DNA from: a virus
Virus record (IMG/VR): IMGVR_UViG_3300020437_000004
Span: 32,001 to 96,000 of that record
Direction: 5' to 3' (one strand)
DNA: 64,000 nt
Shown here: positions 43,185 to 53,688 of the stretch, in pieces
How the letters are laid out: every line of letters begins with the position of its first letter
Position numbering within the stretch: position 1 is the first letter of the stretch
Notes under the pieces: model-generated
Told to the model about the DNA's origin: nothing
Database searches by the model: none
What the model saw: the letters and a program-made list of their open reading frames with translations, nothing else
Program-made: the position numbers and the translations under genes

Positions 43185-45473
43185 TTATACATTACAAGCG
43201 TCACAATCTGCCTCATCACCAGACAGAATTTCATTTACTAGGTCTTCTACTTTAGCAGAAGTATCGTCTTCATCTTTCTTATTATCGTATGTGTTTTGAT
43301 AGTATGATGTTTTCCATCCATATTTGTATGTCGTAAGCAAGTCGTTTGCCATTACTGACATAGGGACATCACTATTCGCATAATTTTGTGGATTGTATGA
43401 CCAGTTACCACTGATCGCTTGGTCAAAGAACTTTTGCATGACCGCAACAACCTTGATATATCCCTCATTGGATGGCATATCCCACAAGAGAGTGTAGTTA
43501 TTTTTTAGTGTGTTGTATTGCGGAACAATCTGCTTAAGAGGTCCTTTCTTCGATTTCTTAATGGACAGGTAGTCGCGAGGTGGTTCGATTCCATTTGTTG
43601 CATTTGACACAACGGAACTGCTCTCCGATGGCATCTGTGCGGACAGAGTGCTGTGTCTGAGTCCGAACCTGAGGATGTCATCCCGTAAAGAATTCCAATC
43701 ATGTTGATACTCTGGTGCGACGATGTTATCTACGTCCTTCTTATATGTATCGATCGGAAGAATTCCATCATGATACTTTGTGACTGAGAAATTACCACAA
43801 GGTCCTCTCTCTTTTGACAGAGTATTTGATGCTCTCAACAGGTAGTATTGGAATGACTCTGTAAGTTTATGGACAAGATCATATGCCTCTTGTGAGTCAT
43901 AACTTGCACCATTCTTAGCAAGGTAATGTGCTAGTCCAATGTAACCAATACCTAGTGAGCGACGTGCGATAGTAGAATCTTCTGCTGCCTTAACAGGATA
44001 CTCTTGATAGTCAATCAACTCCTCAAGACCACGGACTGCAAGGTCACATAGATTCTCCAACTCCTCTACTCTATTGATCTTACCTACGTTGATAGCAGAC
44101 AAGATACACAATGCAATCTCACCCTGTCCTTGGATAGATTGAATAGGATCTGTAGGTAGAGTGATCTCTTGACACAAGTTACTCATATTCACTTTGTCTT
44201 TGAAAGATGAATGAGAGTTACAGTGATCGATATTCATAATGTAAATACGACCTGTCTCTGATCTCTCTTTCAATAGAGAAAGAATTATCTCCTGTGCGGA
44301 GACAACAGTCTTAGGGATGGTTTCGTCGGATTCGTATCTGGTGTAAAGATCGTCAAAGCTATCAGTGCCAAAGGCATCATAAAGACCAGGCACGTCATGA
44401 GGACTGAATAGACTGATCGTTGCATCTTGAATAAACCTCTTATAAAATAACTCAGAAATTTGAATGCTGTAGTCTAGTTTACGGACACGATTATCCTCTG
44501 TCCCTTTATTATTTTTTAAGACAAGGATGTCTTCTATTTCTTGGTGCCAAATGGGGAAGTGGACAGTCGCTGATCCACCACGGATGCCATTTTGAGTGCA
44601 ACATCTGACAGTGCTTTCAAACTTTTTGAGGAACGGGACAACACCTGTGTGCTGCACTTCACCCCCACGGATTTTGCTGTTGATGCCACGGATTCTGCCT
44701 GCGTTAATCCCGATTCCAGCCCTTTGAGCAACGTAGTAACCAATAGCCATGTCACTGCTAAAGATGCTATCGAGGGTGTCATCAATATCAACAAGAACAC
44801 AGCTAGCAAATTGCCTAAGGGGAGTCCGCACACCTCCCATGATAGGGGTGGGGATGTTGATTTTGTGCCTTGAGATTGCGTCGTAGTATTTTTTGACATA
44901 GGTTAGTCTGCTATCAAGAGGATAGCGTTGAAAAAGTGTAGCAGCGATCATGATATACATCTGCTGTGGTGTTTCATACACCTCACCAGAGGATCGATCT
45001 TGTACGAGATATTTATCAACTACTTGTCGAATACCTGCATATGTGAACAAATAGTCTCGATCATAGTCAACCATGTTGTTGATTTCGCTCCACTCCTCTT
45101 CGCTATAAGCGTCTAGAAGGGCAGGGTCATACAGTCCATGATCAATACAGTCTTTGATGTGCTGATACAAATGTGGATGTGAGTCTGGATGGTTGTCATA
45201 GACTGCTTTCCTAAGAGAAAACAGGAGCAAACGTGCTGCGACAAACTGATAGTTTGGTGCGTCCAGAGAAATCAAATCGTTTGCAGACTTGATAAGAATC
45301 TCTTGGATGTCATTAGTTTTGATGCCGTCAAAAAATTGAATGTTAGCATTCATTTCGATGGCAGACTCGGAGACTCCTCCGATGCCTTCACATGCCATCT
45401 CGACCATCTTATGAATTTTTTCTAAGTTAAGTGACTCAACACTGCCATTACGCTTGACGACGTTGGTGCTCAT
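43185..45473 (-). CDS. nrdA: class Ia ribonucleotide reductase alpha subunit with ATP cone
   Basis: VVKRNG ATP cone, PTPIM, QFASCVL, SNLCQEI, MPSESSS, WKTSYY, C-terminal CxxC; no intein. Confidence 0.98.
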   Translation of the reverse strand: MSTNVVKRNGSVESLNLEKIHKMVEMACEGIGGVSESAIEMNANIQFFDGIKTNDIQEILIKSANDLISLDAPNYQFVAARLLLFSLRKAVYDNHPDSHPHLYQHIKDCIDHGLYDPALLDAYSEEEWSEINNMVDYDRDYLFTYAGIRQVVDKYLVQDRSSGEVYETPQQMYIMIAATLFQRYPLDSRLTYVKKYYDAISRHKINIPTPIMGGVRTPLRQFASCVLVDIDDTLDSIFSSDMAIGYYVAQRAGIGINAGRIRGINSKIRGGEVQHTGVVPFLKKFESTVRCCTQNGIRGGSATVHFPIWHQEIEDILVLKNNKGTEDNRVRKLDYSIQISELFYKRFIQDATISLFSPHDVPGLYDAFGTDSFDDLYTRYESDETIPKTVVSAQEIILSLLKERSETGRIYIMNIDHCNSHSSFKDKVNMSNLCQEITLPTDPIQSIQGQGEIALCILSAINVGKINRVEELENLCDLAVRGLEELIDYQEYPVKAAEDSTIARRSLGIGYIGLAHYLAKNGASYDSQEAYDLVHKLTESFQYYLLRASNTLSKERGPCGNFSVTKYHDGILPIDTYKKDVDNIVAPEYQHDWNSLRDDILRFGLRHSTLSAQMPSESSSVVSNATNGIEPPRDYLSIKKSKKGPLKQIVPQYNTLKNNYTLLWDMPSNEGYIKVVAVMQKFFDQAISGNWSYNPQNYANSDVPMSVMANDLLTTYKYGWKTSYYQNTYDNKKDEDDTSAKVEDLVNEILSGDEADCDACNV

Positions 45474-46447
45474 ACCTTTTTCCAGAATGTTAGTTTTACT
45501 TTTGCTTCGGCACCCTTAAAGGTGTTACGTTTTACGATCTCTTTAACGTCATGACCTGCTAGGTGCATGTCATTGAGATCTTTTTCTTTAATTGTTTTAG
45601 GGAATATCACTACAGGATATCCTTTATCAATAGTATTACTTATTTTATCAACGATCTCCTTGTTTCGTGGTTCGTTGTCGAAGACGAATACAAATTGATA
45701 ATCGAAAGTGCTGTAGTCAACATCACTACCACACATAGCAATAGCATTTCCAAGGAAATAACTGTCGAATGGTCCTTCTGTGACATATACAATCTCATCT
45801 TTGTTGATACGATCTAGTCCAAAGAGTTTAGTCTTATCTTTGTTGAAGATACATGTGATATATCTTAGCACACTTTTAGGTGCTAGAGACCTACCTTGTA
45901 TTCCAAACCAGTTACCATCCACATCGATGAGTGGGATGATGATTCTTGGTTGGTCATTCTTCAAACTCTCAAAGTAGTTTGGACTTTGTTTGTTGACCCA
46001 TGCTTTAAACTTGTCAACATAATACAGAGAATAGAATGCCTCTGCAGGTAGTTGCCTCTTTGTTAAATACTCTCTTGCGGGATGCTCATTATTTAGACTA
46101 GCAATCGATTCCAGACCTGTTGGCTTACTAGCAAAGTAAGGCTTTGCTGACAGGTCAGGTAGCACGTCTTTCTTCTTAGGTTTCTTATACTTTTCTAAGA
46201 GATATTCTGAGTATAAGTCTGATGCCTGATCCTTTAAGAAGGTAGAAAGAGACTTAGAGATACCACAGTTGTGACATTTATAAACGTAATCGTTATTGCG
46301 GACAAAAAAATACCCCCTCGCTTTACTCTTATAGCGTTGGGAGTCACCACAATAGGGACACCTAAAGTTGTAGGTGCGTCCTTGATGTTTGAATTTTTCT
46401 AACCTGACACCAACACGATCAATGTATTGGGTATCAATGTAACTCAT
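45470..46447 (-). CDS. gp61: DNA primase
   Basis: NFRCPYCGDS...CHNC Zn finger, EGPFDS TOPRIM, FDNEPRN, KDLNDM. Confidence 0.95.
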   Translation of the reverse strand: MSYIDTQYIDRVGVRLEKFKHQGRTYNFRCPYCGDSQRYKSKARGYFFVRNNDYVYKCHNCGISKSLSTFLKDQASDLYSEYLLEKYKKPKKKDVLPDLSAKPYFASKPTGLESIASLNNEHPAREYLTKRQLPAEAFYSLYYVDKFKAWVNKQSPNYFESLKNDQPRIIIPLIDVDGNWFGIQGRSLAPKSVLRYITCIFNKDKTKLFGLDRINKDEIVYVTEGPFDSYFLGNAIAMCGSDVDYSTFDYQFVFVFDNEPRNKEIVDKISNTIDKGYPVVIFPKTIKEKDLNDMHLAGHDVKEIVKRNTFKGAEAKVKLTFWKKV

Positions 46448-46836
46448 TCAAGTCGGTGCATCTCTCCGACCATCATACTGGATTGTTGCTCAGGTGTCAA
46501 CACGTTACCTAAAATTTTCTGGCCTGCAGGAGACACTACGAAAGAAATTACTGTGAGGGCACCTGCGATAGTCCACATTTTCTTCTCCATCATACGGAGT
46601 CTGTCGTCTACCAGACGGATGTCTCTCTCACATCCTTTCTTGATAGCATCTGTCTCTCTAGTAATATCTGCGTGGATTCTGTCAACCTTTTCAAACAAAA
46701 CCTGATCGATCTTGTCTTGCTTGTCCAGTTTTTCATTGTGTACAGCAAGAAGTTGACCCATCTTTACAGAATTTTCCTGTAATGTGTCAACTACTCTTTC
46801 TAATCTTTCTAATATTGCAGAATTAATGTCAGACAT
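46444..46836 (-). CDS. coiled-coil protein with C-terminal TM helix
   Basis: LAVHNEKL...DDRLR.MEKKMW.IAGA. Confidence 0.65.
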   Translation of the reverse strand: MSDINSAILERLERVVDTLQENSVKMGQLLAVHNEKLDKQDKIDQVLFEKVDRIHADITRETDAIKKGCERDIRLVDDRLRMMEKKMWTIAGALTVISFVVSPAGQKILGNVLTPEQQSSMMVGEMHRLE

Positions 46837-47231
46837 TATACGCCTAGTGCTTTTTGTCTCTTGTCCCAGTAGAATTTGATTACTTGATTAGGGTATAGTC
46901 GTGTGATTTTAATCTTGTTATGCACCTCAGGTCTGTAGATCTTTCTGAGTTGTATCTTTATTTCTGACGGTGACTTACCGTACAAAACATATGAATCGAT
47001 TCCATCGAAATGAATAAGGTAAGGGATGATGCTGCTATCTTTTTGATAGTGACTTGCTTCTTCTCCTATTCCTACGTTAGTTACAACGTGTCCTTTGGGT
47101 TTATACTTTCTCTTCTTGACTTTCTTTCCCCCTAGCATGGGGTCATACCCTGCAACAGGACCACTAGCAGCAGCAGATCCAGAGAATCCACCGTTGCCTG
47201 CACTCATTGTTGGGGCATCTTCATTAATCAT
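46836..47231 (-). CDS. hypothetical, possibly head-associated
   Basis: MINEDAPTMSAG...GPVAGYDP N-terminus. Confidence 0.6.
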   Translation of the reverse strand: MINEDAPTMSAGNGGFSGSAAASGPVAGYDPMLGGKKVKKRKYKPKGHVVTNVGIGEEASHYQKDSSIIPYLIHFDGIDSYVLYGKSPSEIKIQLRKIYRPEVHNKIKITRLYPNQVIKFYWDKRQKALGV

Positions 47232-47601
47232 TGATTGACGTCAAGGTATCGTATACATCCATATCAATATCCACATCGTTAAATGAGCCTGCATTGATTT
47301 CTGGATACCTATCTAAAAATATTAGAAAGGTTTTAAGTATAGACCAATACTCACGCTCAAGCTTATACATTAGCAACGGTATGGTTGCCTCACCAAACAC
47401 ATTGAATAGTATAACCAGATGGTTGATTATTAAGTTTGTACGTAATGTCCCAGTCTTTAAGTATCTTTTAAGCAGTCGCTTAAGATATTTGAATTTCTTC
47501 ATGTCTTCCATGAAGTCATCCACGGTAACCGATTGCGGATTACTATAGTGTTTGATTGCAAACAGCAAGTGATTCTTATCGGTTAAACTTTCAAAACGCA
47601 T
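47224..47601 (-). CDS. conserved T4-like hypothetical
   Basis: FAIKHY.NPQ...DMKKFKYLKRLL...LIINHLVILFNVF. Confidence 0.75.
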   Translation of the reverse strand: MRFESLTDKNHLLFAIKHYSNPQSVTVDDFMEDMKKFKYLKRLLKRYLKTGTLRTNLIINHLVILFNVFGEATIPLLMYKLEREYWSILKTFLIFLDRYPEINAGSFNDVDIDMDVYDTLTSIND

Positions 47602-47631
47602 TACGAATCAGGATTTTCCTGATTTTATTTA

Positions 47632-48477
47632 TCAGCTTCCGAATGTAAGAGTTGCGGATCCGTTAGTGATAACTTCTTCAGCACCCTTAGAGGTGTTAAC
47701 AACACATCTATATTTCTGTCCGTCCAACGCATTGCTTGAAAGTCCACTATATGCAAGAGTTGCAGTGGTGAAGTTTGCGTATGTAATACCTGTGTCTGTG
47801 TTGGCAGCGATGTCAACCCATCTAACAGTAGCACTTGCAGTCTGTCTCTGCCACTTGTAAGTGATGGTGCCAGACTGATCAACTGTGGCAGCAACTGCGA
47901 ATGTCCCTGCTCCACTAGATGAAGTAGAGTTTGCAGGTTGTGTGCCGATAGTGATTGTTTCTTGGACGTCTGCTACCACTGTATCGTCTGCGTCATCGCC
48001 AGCCGCGGCTGCGGTAGCGTGAGTAAATGCGAGACACTCTGCCTTATGACGTGTGTCACCATTGTATGTGGTGTATGTGCGATACAACCACCAACCAGGA
48101 CCAGTGATACCTCTAGACTTGTTTGCTGCTTTAGTTCTCTCAGTCTCGTCAACAAATACGAGCTGATAGTCAGAGATGCTATCGCCACCCTTGATAACGT
48201 ACTCTGCTACTGCCTTAGGAGGAGTCCTTCTAACGGCATTTGCTGCGGTGATTGTTGCAGTAGATCCTGCATACACCTTATGAAGCTCTAGAGCAGTTGC
48301 TGACGTTACTTGTTTTACAATGTAAGCGACACCAGAGATTTCCAACACGTCACCTACTTTGACAAGGTTGTCAGAAGCGTCCGTGAAGTCTCCAGAAGTT
48401 GTTACGGTGGCATCTCCATTGGTTACACCAATGTTTGTGCCCATTGCTTTCGCATCGAGTAGTCCAAATACAGCCAT
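47632..48477 (-). CDS. probable virion structural protein with C-terminal Ig-like domain
   Basis: Thr/Ala-rich beta segments; GPGWWLY; TITIGTQP...YKWQ...YRCVV Ig motif; late promoter at 48513-48520. Confidence 0.65.
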   Translation of the reverse strand: MAVFGLLDAKAMGTNIGVTNGDATVTTSGDFTDASDNLVKVGDVLEISGVAYIVKQVTSATALELHKVYAGSTATITAANAVRRTPPKAVAEYVIKGGDSISDYQLVFVDETERTKAANKSRGITGPGWWLYRTYTTYNGDTRHKAECLAFTHATAAAAGDDADDTVVADVQETITIGTQPANSTSSSGAGTFAVAATVDQSGTITYKWQRQTASATVRWVDIAANTDTGITYANFTTATLAYSGLSSNALDGQKYRCVVNTSKGAEEVITNGSATLTFGS

Positions 48478-48524
48478 TTTTCTCTAGTAGCGGGGTGGTA
48501 TCATCTATATGTTATTTATATAAC

Positions 48525-48722
48525 TTACTCCTTTGCAGCCAAAGCTTCCTTCACTTTCTCAAAGAGAGCGTCATCTGCTGTGGTTTTAGTAAGTTTTACT
48601 GCCTTTCCGATGATAAGGAGACAGATATCGATAAGTTTTTCGCCCAATTCTGCGTCGTCAGGAATCTTAGCGACTGCTGAATCAATTACCTTATAGGCAA
48701 GGGGCATTAGAAAGCTCAACAT
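48525..48722 (-). CDS. small conserved hypothetical
   Basis: VKLTKTTADD motif; late promoter TATAAATA at 48746-48753. Confidence 0.65.
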   Translation of the reverse strand: MLSFLMPLAYKVIDSAVAKIPDDAELGEKLIDICLLIIGKAVKLTKTTADDALFEKVKEALAAKE

Positions 48723-48748
48723 AATTCTATAAACAAGGGGTACCTTAT

Positions 48749-49171
48749 TTATAGCTTTTTATATTCAGTAGGCTCAAGTCCAGCTTGTTGTGCATCATGT
48801 TGTTGTGTTAAAGAGATCATCTTTTGTCTCATTCTCTCTTTAATAACAGCCTTTGCTGCTTTATCTTCTTCGTCCTCATGTGGAATCACATTGCCTTCTG
48901 CATCAGTCTGATGATGCTCCTTCTTTACTTCATGAGGCTCATAGCCAATGCCATCACCATCGTCGTCCCACCAACGTTTGACTTTACCTTTGGTTTTGCC
49001 TTTGGCATTTTTCTTAGCAGCTTCTTTAAGACTATCTATAGATGCCTTAACGCTGTTTCTTAGTGCTTCTTTCATAAGATCTTCCTTCTTTGGATTAACT
49101 GTAATACCTTTCTTAGTAACAGTCTTGAGACCACTTTTCCTATCAACAGTTTTGCTTGTAGGTTGCATCAA
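48749..49171 (-). CDS. highly charged hypothetical
   Basis: RWWDDDGDGIGYE motif. Confidence 0.65.
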   Translation of the reverse strand: MMQPTSKTVDRKSGLKTVTKKGITVNPKKEDLMKEALRNSVKASIDSLKEAAKKNAKGKTKGKVKRWWDDDGDGIGYEPHEVKKEHHQTDAEGNVIPHEDEEDKAAKAVIKERMRQKMISLTQQHDAQQAGLEPTEYKKL

Positions 49172-50550
49172 ATGTCTCCTTTAATGTTACTTCTCCAATC
49201 GTATCTGGACTGTTCTCCCAAACGTTTTGCGAGTTTGCCAGCTCCTTTGGAGACTAAACGAGATCCTTTACCAACAACTTTCTTGATACCTTTCTTAAGA
49301 GCAGATCCGAATTTCTTCAAATTCTCTTTAGTCTTTGATCCATCACCACCAGATCCAGAAGATCCAGAGGTTGTTGTTGATCCACCACCACTAGTAGAAG
49401 ACGAGGAAGATGATCCTGCATCCTTAGGTGGAGTGTCACTCATTGTGGAAGAGGTAGATTTGCTAGATCCAGATGAGGATGTCCCAGTCTGGGTCGATTT
49501 GTAACCGTCTTTGGCAGCAGAAGCCATTTTGCCTGCTGTATTTTTTGCCATGCCTGCAGCTTTACCTGCATACTTAGCACCCTTAACGGCACCTTTAGCA
49601 ACTACTTTAGCAGCAGTCTTAAGACCTGCCTTGATACGATCCTTGAGGGATGGTTTACCTGCAGGTGCTGCTGATTCCTTCTTCTTCTGAGGTGCCTGCA
49701 CTGCAATATTAGGATTTGCAGAGTGCTGACTTGGTGCCTCAGTAAGAAGCTCCATTGAATCAATAAGATCGATTGCCTCATTGAGCAATGGTTGATCCAA
49801 CTCAAGAAGAGTCTCTACACAGATGTCATGGATCTCATCAAACGTTAGATCCTCATACTCTGGTAGACACAATGCTTCTATCATTGCATCAAAACTTTGG
49901 TTACTTTCTACGTTAAGTGTCTTGGGGTAATCTTTATCACCAGGTTTTGCAGGTTTCTCGCCTCTCTTTCTCTTGGCGTGAATGTTATCCCACAATCCTT
50001 TCTTACCCTCAGCGACCTCATCTTCTTTAACGCAGTTAGGGACTACCTTTCCTCCCTTTTTCTTGGTGCCTTTAGCCTTGTATCCGTCCCAACAAGTAGA
50101 CGCACCAACATTCTTACGAGCCTGTTTCATTGACTCATGCAGGTCATCGAGATCAACACCCACTACCTGCTCTTTAGCAACGACACCGATATCAACTGCA
50201 TCCTTTGCAGTCTTACGACCGTCCTTACCCATAACAACATAGCGTCCGTCTGCCTTACGACCAGTGACTAGCATCTGATCTCCACCAGAGGTGACGACTC
50301 TACCTACATTCTTGTCACGCTTAAACTCCATCTTCTTCTTAGCAACTGCTTCCTTTTCAATAGGAAACCCGCCATAACCCTCAACGATAGGCTCCCATGA
50401 GTCCATTGCGTCGATTGCTTTCTCAGCACCCTCTTGTAGATGCTTAGTCAGTTTGTCTACAGTGCCAGTCTCTAGTGCATGGAAGATTTTTCTCTGCTCT
50501 AGGAAGGAATACTTCATGAGTGCAGCAGACACTTTGATATCTAAAGTCAT
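49168..50550 (-). CDS. modular low-complexity protein, probable internal head protein
   Basis: CWDGYKAKGTKKKGGKVVPNCVKE and GLWDNIHAKRKRGE modules; Lys/Ala and Ser/Gly tracts. Confidence 0.6.
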   Translation of the reverse strand: MTLDIKVSAALMKYSFLEQRKIFHALETGTVDKLTKHLQEGAEKAIDAMDSWEPIVEGYGGFPIEKEAVAKKKMEFKRDKNVGRVVTSGGDQMLVTGRKADGRYVVMGKDGRKTAKDAVDIGVVAKEQVVGVDLDDLHESMKQARKNVGASTCWDGYKAKGTKKKGGKVVPNCVKEDEVAEGKKGLWDNIHAKRKRGEKPAKPGDKDYPKTLNVESNQSFDAMIEALCLPEYEDLTFDEIHDICVETLLELDQPLLNEAIDLIDSMELLTEAPSQHSANPNIAVQAPQKKKESAAPAGKPSLKDRIKAGLKTAAKVVAKGAVKGAKYAGKAAGMAKNTAGKMASAAKDGYKSTQTGTSSSGSSKSTSSTMSDTPPKDAGSSSSSSTSGGGSTTTSGSSGSGGDGSKTKENLKKFGSALKKGIKKVVGKGSRLVSKGAGKLAKRLGEQSRYDWRSNIKGDI

Positions 50551-50583
50551 TGCTTTACTAAGTTGGTCGTCAAGAATGTATTA

Positions 50584-51660
50584 TTATTTAGTCTTAGACT
50601 TCTTTCTAAAGTCACTAAATTTGATTGTCGCTTGTCCAGGTGTCATGTCTTGCACTGCTTTACGGTATGCATCTGTGCCTACTTTCCATGTATTACCACT
50701 ACCATCGTCTGCAGAATAGTTAGATTGATCTTCTCTCTCAGTGATGTGCTGTAACCATGCACGGTGCTCATTGCCATCTGGCATTCTGAATATTACATAA
50801 TTAGTGCCACGATGCACAACATGTCCTGTAAGACCTGTGTCATCATGCTCTACTAGTGCACCCACCTTGAAGATGTGGTTAAGCATATAGTAGTCACGAA
50901 AGTTTTCGTAGTCTAGTTTAGGTGCATATTCCCATACAGATTCATTCAACCACTCATGTAGTCCTTCACCCTTCTTAGGTTTCTTACTCTTAGGTGGTGG
51001 GGTCATACCCTTAAGGACATCTGCCATCAGTTGTGCACTGTGTTTCTTGCTGATACCCTTTGGCATTCCACCATGGAATGAATCATGATCATTACCTTGT
51101 GCATGTGCACGCATCTTAGATGCTGACATGGTTTCGATAGGATCGTCGGACTTATCGTCCCTAGCACCTGCTGATTTAATATTGATAGATTTGAAGTCGT
51201 AATGGACTCCGTTGTATTTGTTTGCTAGTGTTTCAAATTCTTTTACTCGGTCATCACCGACAACCATAGTAACATGAGCATGACCTTCGTCATTCAAGTC
51301 TCTAAGGATGTCAAAGATATTACGGTGTGCCTCGTTATTTTGGATCTTGTCCTTGTGATGTGGAAACATCTTTCTCATGTGACCTACTTTTTGGTCTGCT
51401 GAGAGGGGGTTTTTCTTGTGGTCTTGGGATCTTGATGGGTAGATTCTATAGTTTCCAGAGTCTCCTCCGTAAGATCTAACAGCATCGAGTAACTTACCAT
51501 GGCCAGCATGAGGAGGGTTAAACCTGCCAAAAGTAATTGCAACGTGGGGGTCATCTGGTTGTTGATTCTTCTTTGCACTGGAAGATTGACCCTTTGCGGA
51601 CGCTGAGGGTTTCTTTGTCTTTGTGTCTTTTGCTTCTCGAATGAAATCTAGAAAACGCAT
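50584..51660 (-). CDS. HxGH nucleotidyltransferase (annotated cytidyltransferase in cyanophages)
   Basis: TFGRFNPPHAGHGKL, MVVGDDRV, SAGARD, MSASKMR; start at MRFLDFIRE (TAATG overlap). Confidence 0.85.
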   Translation of the reverse strand: MRFLDFIREAKDTKTKKPSASAKGQSSSAKKNQQPDDPHVAITFGRFNPPHAGHGKLLDAVRSYGGDSGNYRIYPSRSQDHKKNPLSADQKVGHMRKMFPHHKDKIQNNEAHRNIFDILRDLNDEGHAHVTMVVGDDRVKEFETLANKYNGVHYDFKSINIKSAGARDDKSDDPIETMSASKMRAHAQGNDHDSFHGGMPKGISKKHSAQLMADVLKGMTPPPKSKKPKKGEGLHEWLNESVWEYAPKLDYENFRDYYMLNHIFKVGALVEHDDTGLTGHVVHRGTNYVIFRMPDGNEHRAWLQHITEREDQSNYSADDGSGNTWKVGTDAYRKAVQDMTPGQATIKFSDFRKKSKTK

Positions 51661-52850
51661 TAGCCCCAATCTTTTGCTACGGTGAAGTTGGCACGACTAA
51701 ATTCAAGTCTGTCAACGAGTTTGAGTGCAGTGCCATCTTTAATAGCAACAAACCCTTCTGGACTTGTTACACGATAACCTGTCTCGGTTTCGAGGAAGGT
51801 GCCAACACCTTCAATCTTTTTCAGTTTATTTATAACCATATTCTTAGCGTCCATTAGATTACGGAAACCTGCTAGAGCAGCGAACATAGTTGTCTTGTTA
51901 CTATTTAGGAAAGAAATAGAGTCTGCACGACGCTTCTCCCATTCTTTCTGTGACTTCTCAGTCTTTTTCTTGATGATTTCCTTCTTATACCTGTCGTTTA
52001 GGAAGGTTTCAAACCCCTTTGCCATACCCATAGAGGTAGTAGGGATCTTTCCACTACGAATAACTTGGTTGAAGTAGATCTTAAACATAGATGCAGGAGA
52101 GAAACTACTCTTATCCTTTACTATGACGTCAAGAAACTTACCACCAGACTTAAGATTGCTCTTTGCCTGCCTAATAGTATTGTTGATCTGATTTCTCTCA
52201 CTAATCGTTAGGTTGGCAATACCATTCACGTTTTGGAATGTCGATGAGAATACAGCAATGTCTTTGACCTTCTGTAAACCAGATACATCTACACCAAATG
52301 ATGCAGACAAACTAGTTATATCACTACCAGAATAGCGTGTGTGAAATACGATGCCAAGTTTAGACTTTGCAACCTTTCCACCCATCTCACTATTCTGATC
52401 TACAAGGTAAGTGATTGTATTTGGTTTAAATCTATAGCCTCGCTTACCACCAATGGCAACAAGAGGAGGGGTAGAAGTATAGAGGAGATCACCTTGGAGG
52501 ATACCCTCAATAGGGAGTTTGGATAACTCTCTGTAGCACTGTTTGAGGATGCCATTGATAGCACCTTCGTAGTGGAAGTCGATGAATTCTTCATTGTAAC
52601 CTATTTTTGGTGTCGTCTTATTAAAGACTGACTTTGTGCCAACAAAAAACTGACCTGTCTGTGGATCTTTACCGCAGATCACAGCAGGTGCACCATCCCA
52701 CTTCACAGTCACCTTTGTATTGGCACCACCTTGACCTGCTGTAAGCATGTCACGAAGTGACTCTAGAAAATTGACTGCATTGGCAGCACCTGCTGACCCC
52801 TGATTAAAGATGTCGTCTTCGAGGTGCTCTAGATGGGTGTTTTTTGCCAT
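51660..52850 (-). CDS. conserved protein with ligase/covalent-nucleotidyltransferase motifs (DUF6267-like)
   Basis: KNTHLEHLED; TVKWDGAPA (KxDG), FFVGTKS, LQGDLLY, PEGFVA, ALKLVDR. Confidence 0.6.
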   Translation of the reverse strand: MAKNTHLEHLEDDIFNQGSAGAANAVNFLESLRDMLTAGQGGANTKVTVKWDGAPAVICGKDPQTGQFFVGTKSVFNKTTPKIGYNEEFIDFHYEGAINGILKQCYRELSKLPIEGILQGDLLYTSTPPLVAIGGKRGYRFKPNTITYLVDQNSEMGGKVAKSKLGIVFHTRYSGSDITSLSASFGVDVSGLQKVKDIAVFSSTFQNVNGIANLTISERNQINNTIRQAKSNLKSGGKFLDVIVKDKSSFSPASMFKIYFNQVIRSGKIPTTSMGMAKGFETFLNDRYKKEIIKKKTEKSQKEWEKRRADSISFLNSNKTTMFAALAGFRNLMDAKNMVINKLKKIEGVGTFLETETGYRVTSPEGFVAIKDGTALKLVDRLEFSRANFTVAKDWG

Positions 52851-52899
52851 GCCTTTATTATAATGTATAGGTTACGGTAATGGTGAAGTAGTGTGCCAC

Positions 52900-53688
52900 T
52901 TATAAACCTGGCTTGAGCAGGAAATTCGTGTCGCCATCTAGATCCATACTACTCTTTCTAAGTCCTGAGATCTTGAGTGCCATCAGAAACGACCATCTTG
53001 CATTCGACTTGGAGTTAGTCTTAATACGAATTCTGATACTACTGTTTGCTACAGAGGTAGAGAATTGTGGGCATCCATATCCCTCAACATCTCTTCCCAT
53101 ATAATATAGTCCCTTTCCTTTCACCTGTATATAATAAGTATTCTTTGAGTTGTAGTATTTCTCTACCTCTCTTGCTGCTGCTTGACCCTCTGCTAGAAAC
53201 TTATCTGGAAATCTCTTAAGATCTAGTGAGTGTGCTGACTTACGTTGTGTAAGGGTTGCATCATTCGACAACGTAAACTTAGCAGGTATATTTCTTTTAG
53301 GATTCCAATGAGCGTTTGCTTCTCTTATAATATTATAAGACTCAGCAATACCAATCATTGTCTTTGCTGCTTCCTTCTGAGCAGATGCTTTAGTCTTGTC
53401 AATGGTAAACTGCATTGACCCAGTATCAAAATCAAAATTCATTTGAGCGAAGTCGGCAGACAACTTCTCCTTTAACTCAAACTTAATAACCTGTGCTTTA
53501 TAAGTAGGTGTCAACTCCAAGTCTGCCTTGGCACTGTCCGCTCCTGCAGGATCAGACACGTTAAAACCTTTCTCTCTCAGTGCCCTGATGAGATCCAACT
53601 CATATTGAAACCCCGCATTTACTTTAAGAGGTTTTGCTGATGCCCCCTCTCCATCCATCAGGGGCTCTTGATCTGTCTTGCGTGACAT
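52900..53688 (-). CDS. putative PD-(D/E)xK endonuclease
   Basis: GFQYE...AGADSAKADL...KFELKEKLSADFAQ; C-terminal YYIQVKGKGLY...RIRIK. Confidence 0.55.
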   Translation of the reverse strand: MSRKTDQEPLMDGEGASAKPLKVNAGFQYELDLIRALREKGFNVSDPAGADSAKADLELTPTYKAQVIKFELKEKLSADFAQMNFDFDTGSMQFTIDKTKASAQKEAAKTMIGIAESYNIIREANAHWNPKRNIPAKFTLSNDATLTQRKSAHSLDLKRFPDKFLAEGQAAAREVEKYYNSKNTYYIQVKGKGLYYMGRDVEGYGCPQFSTSVANSSIRIRIKTNSKSNARWSFLMALKISGLRKSSMDLDGDTNFLLKPGL

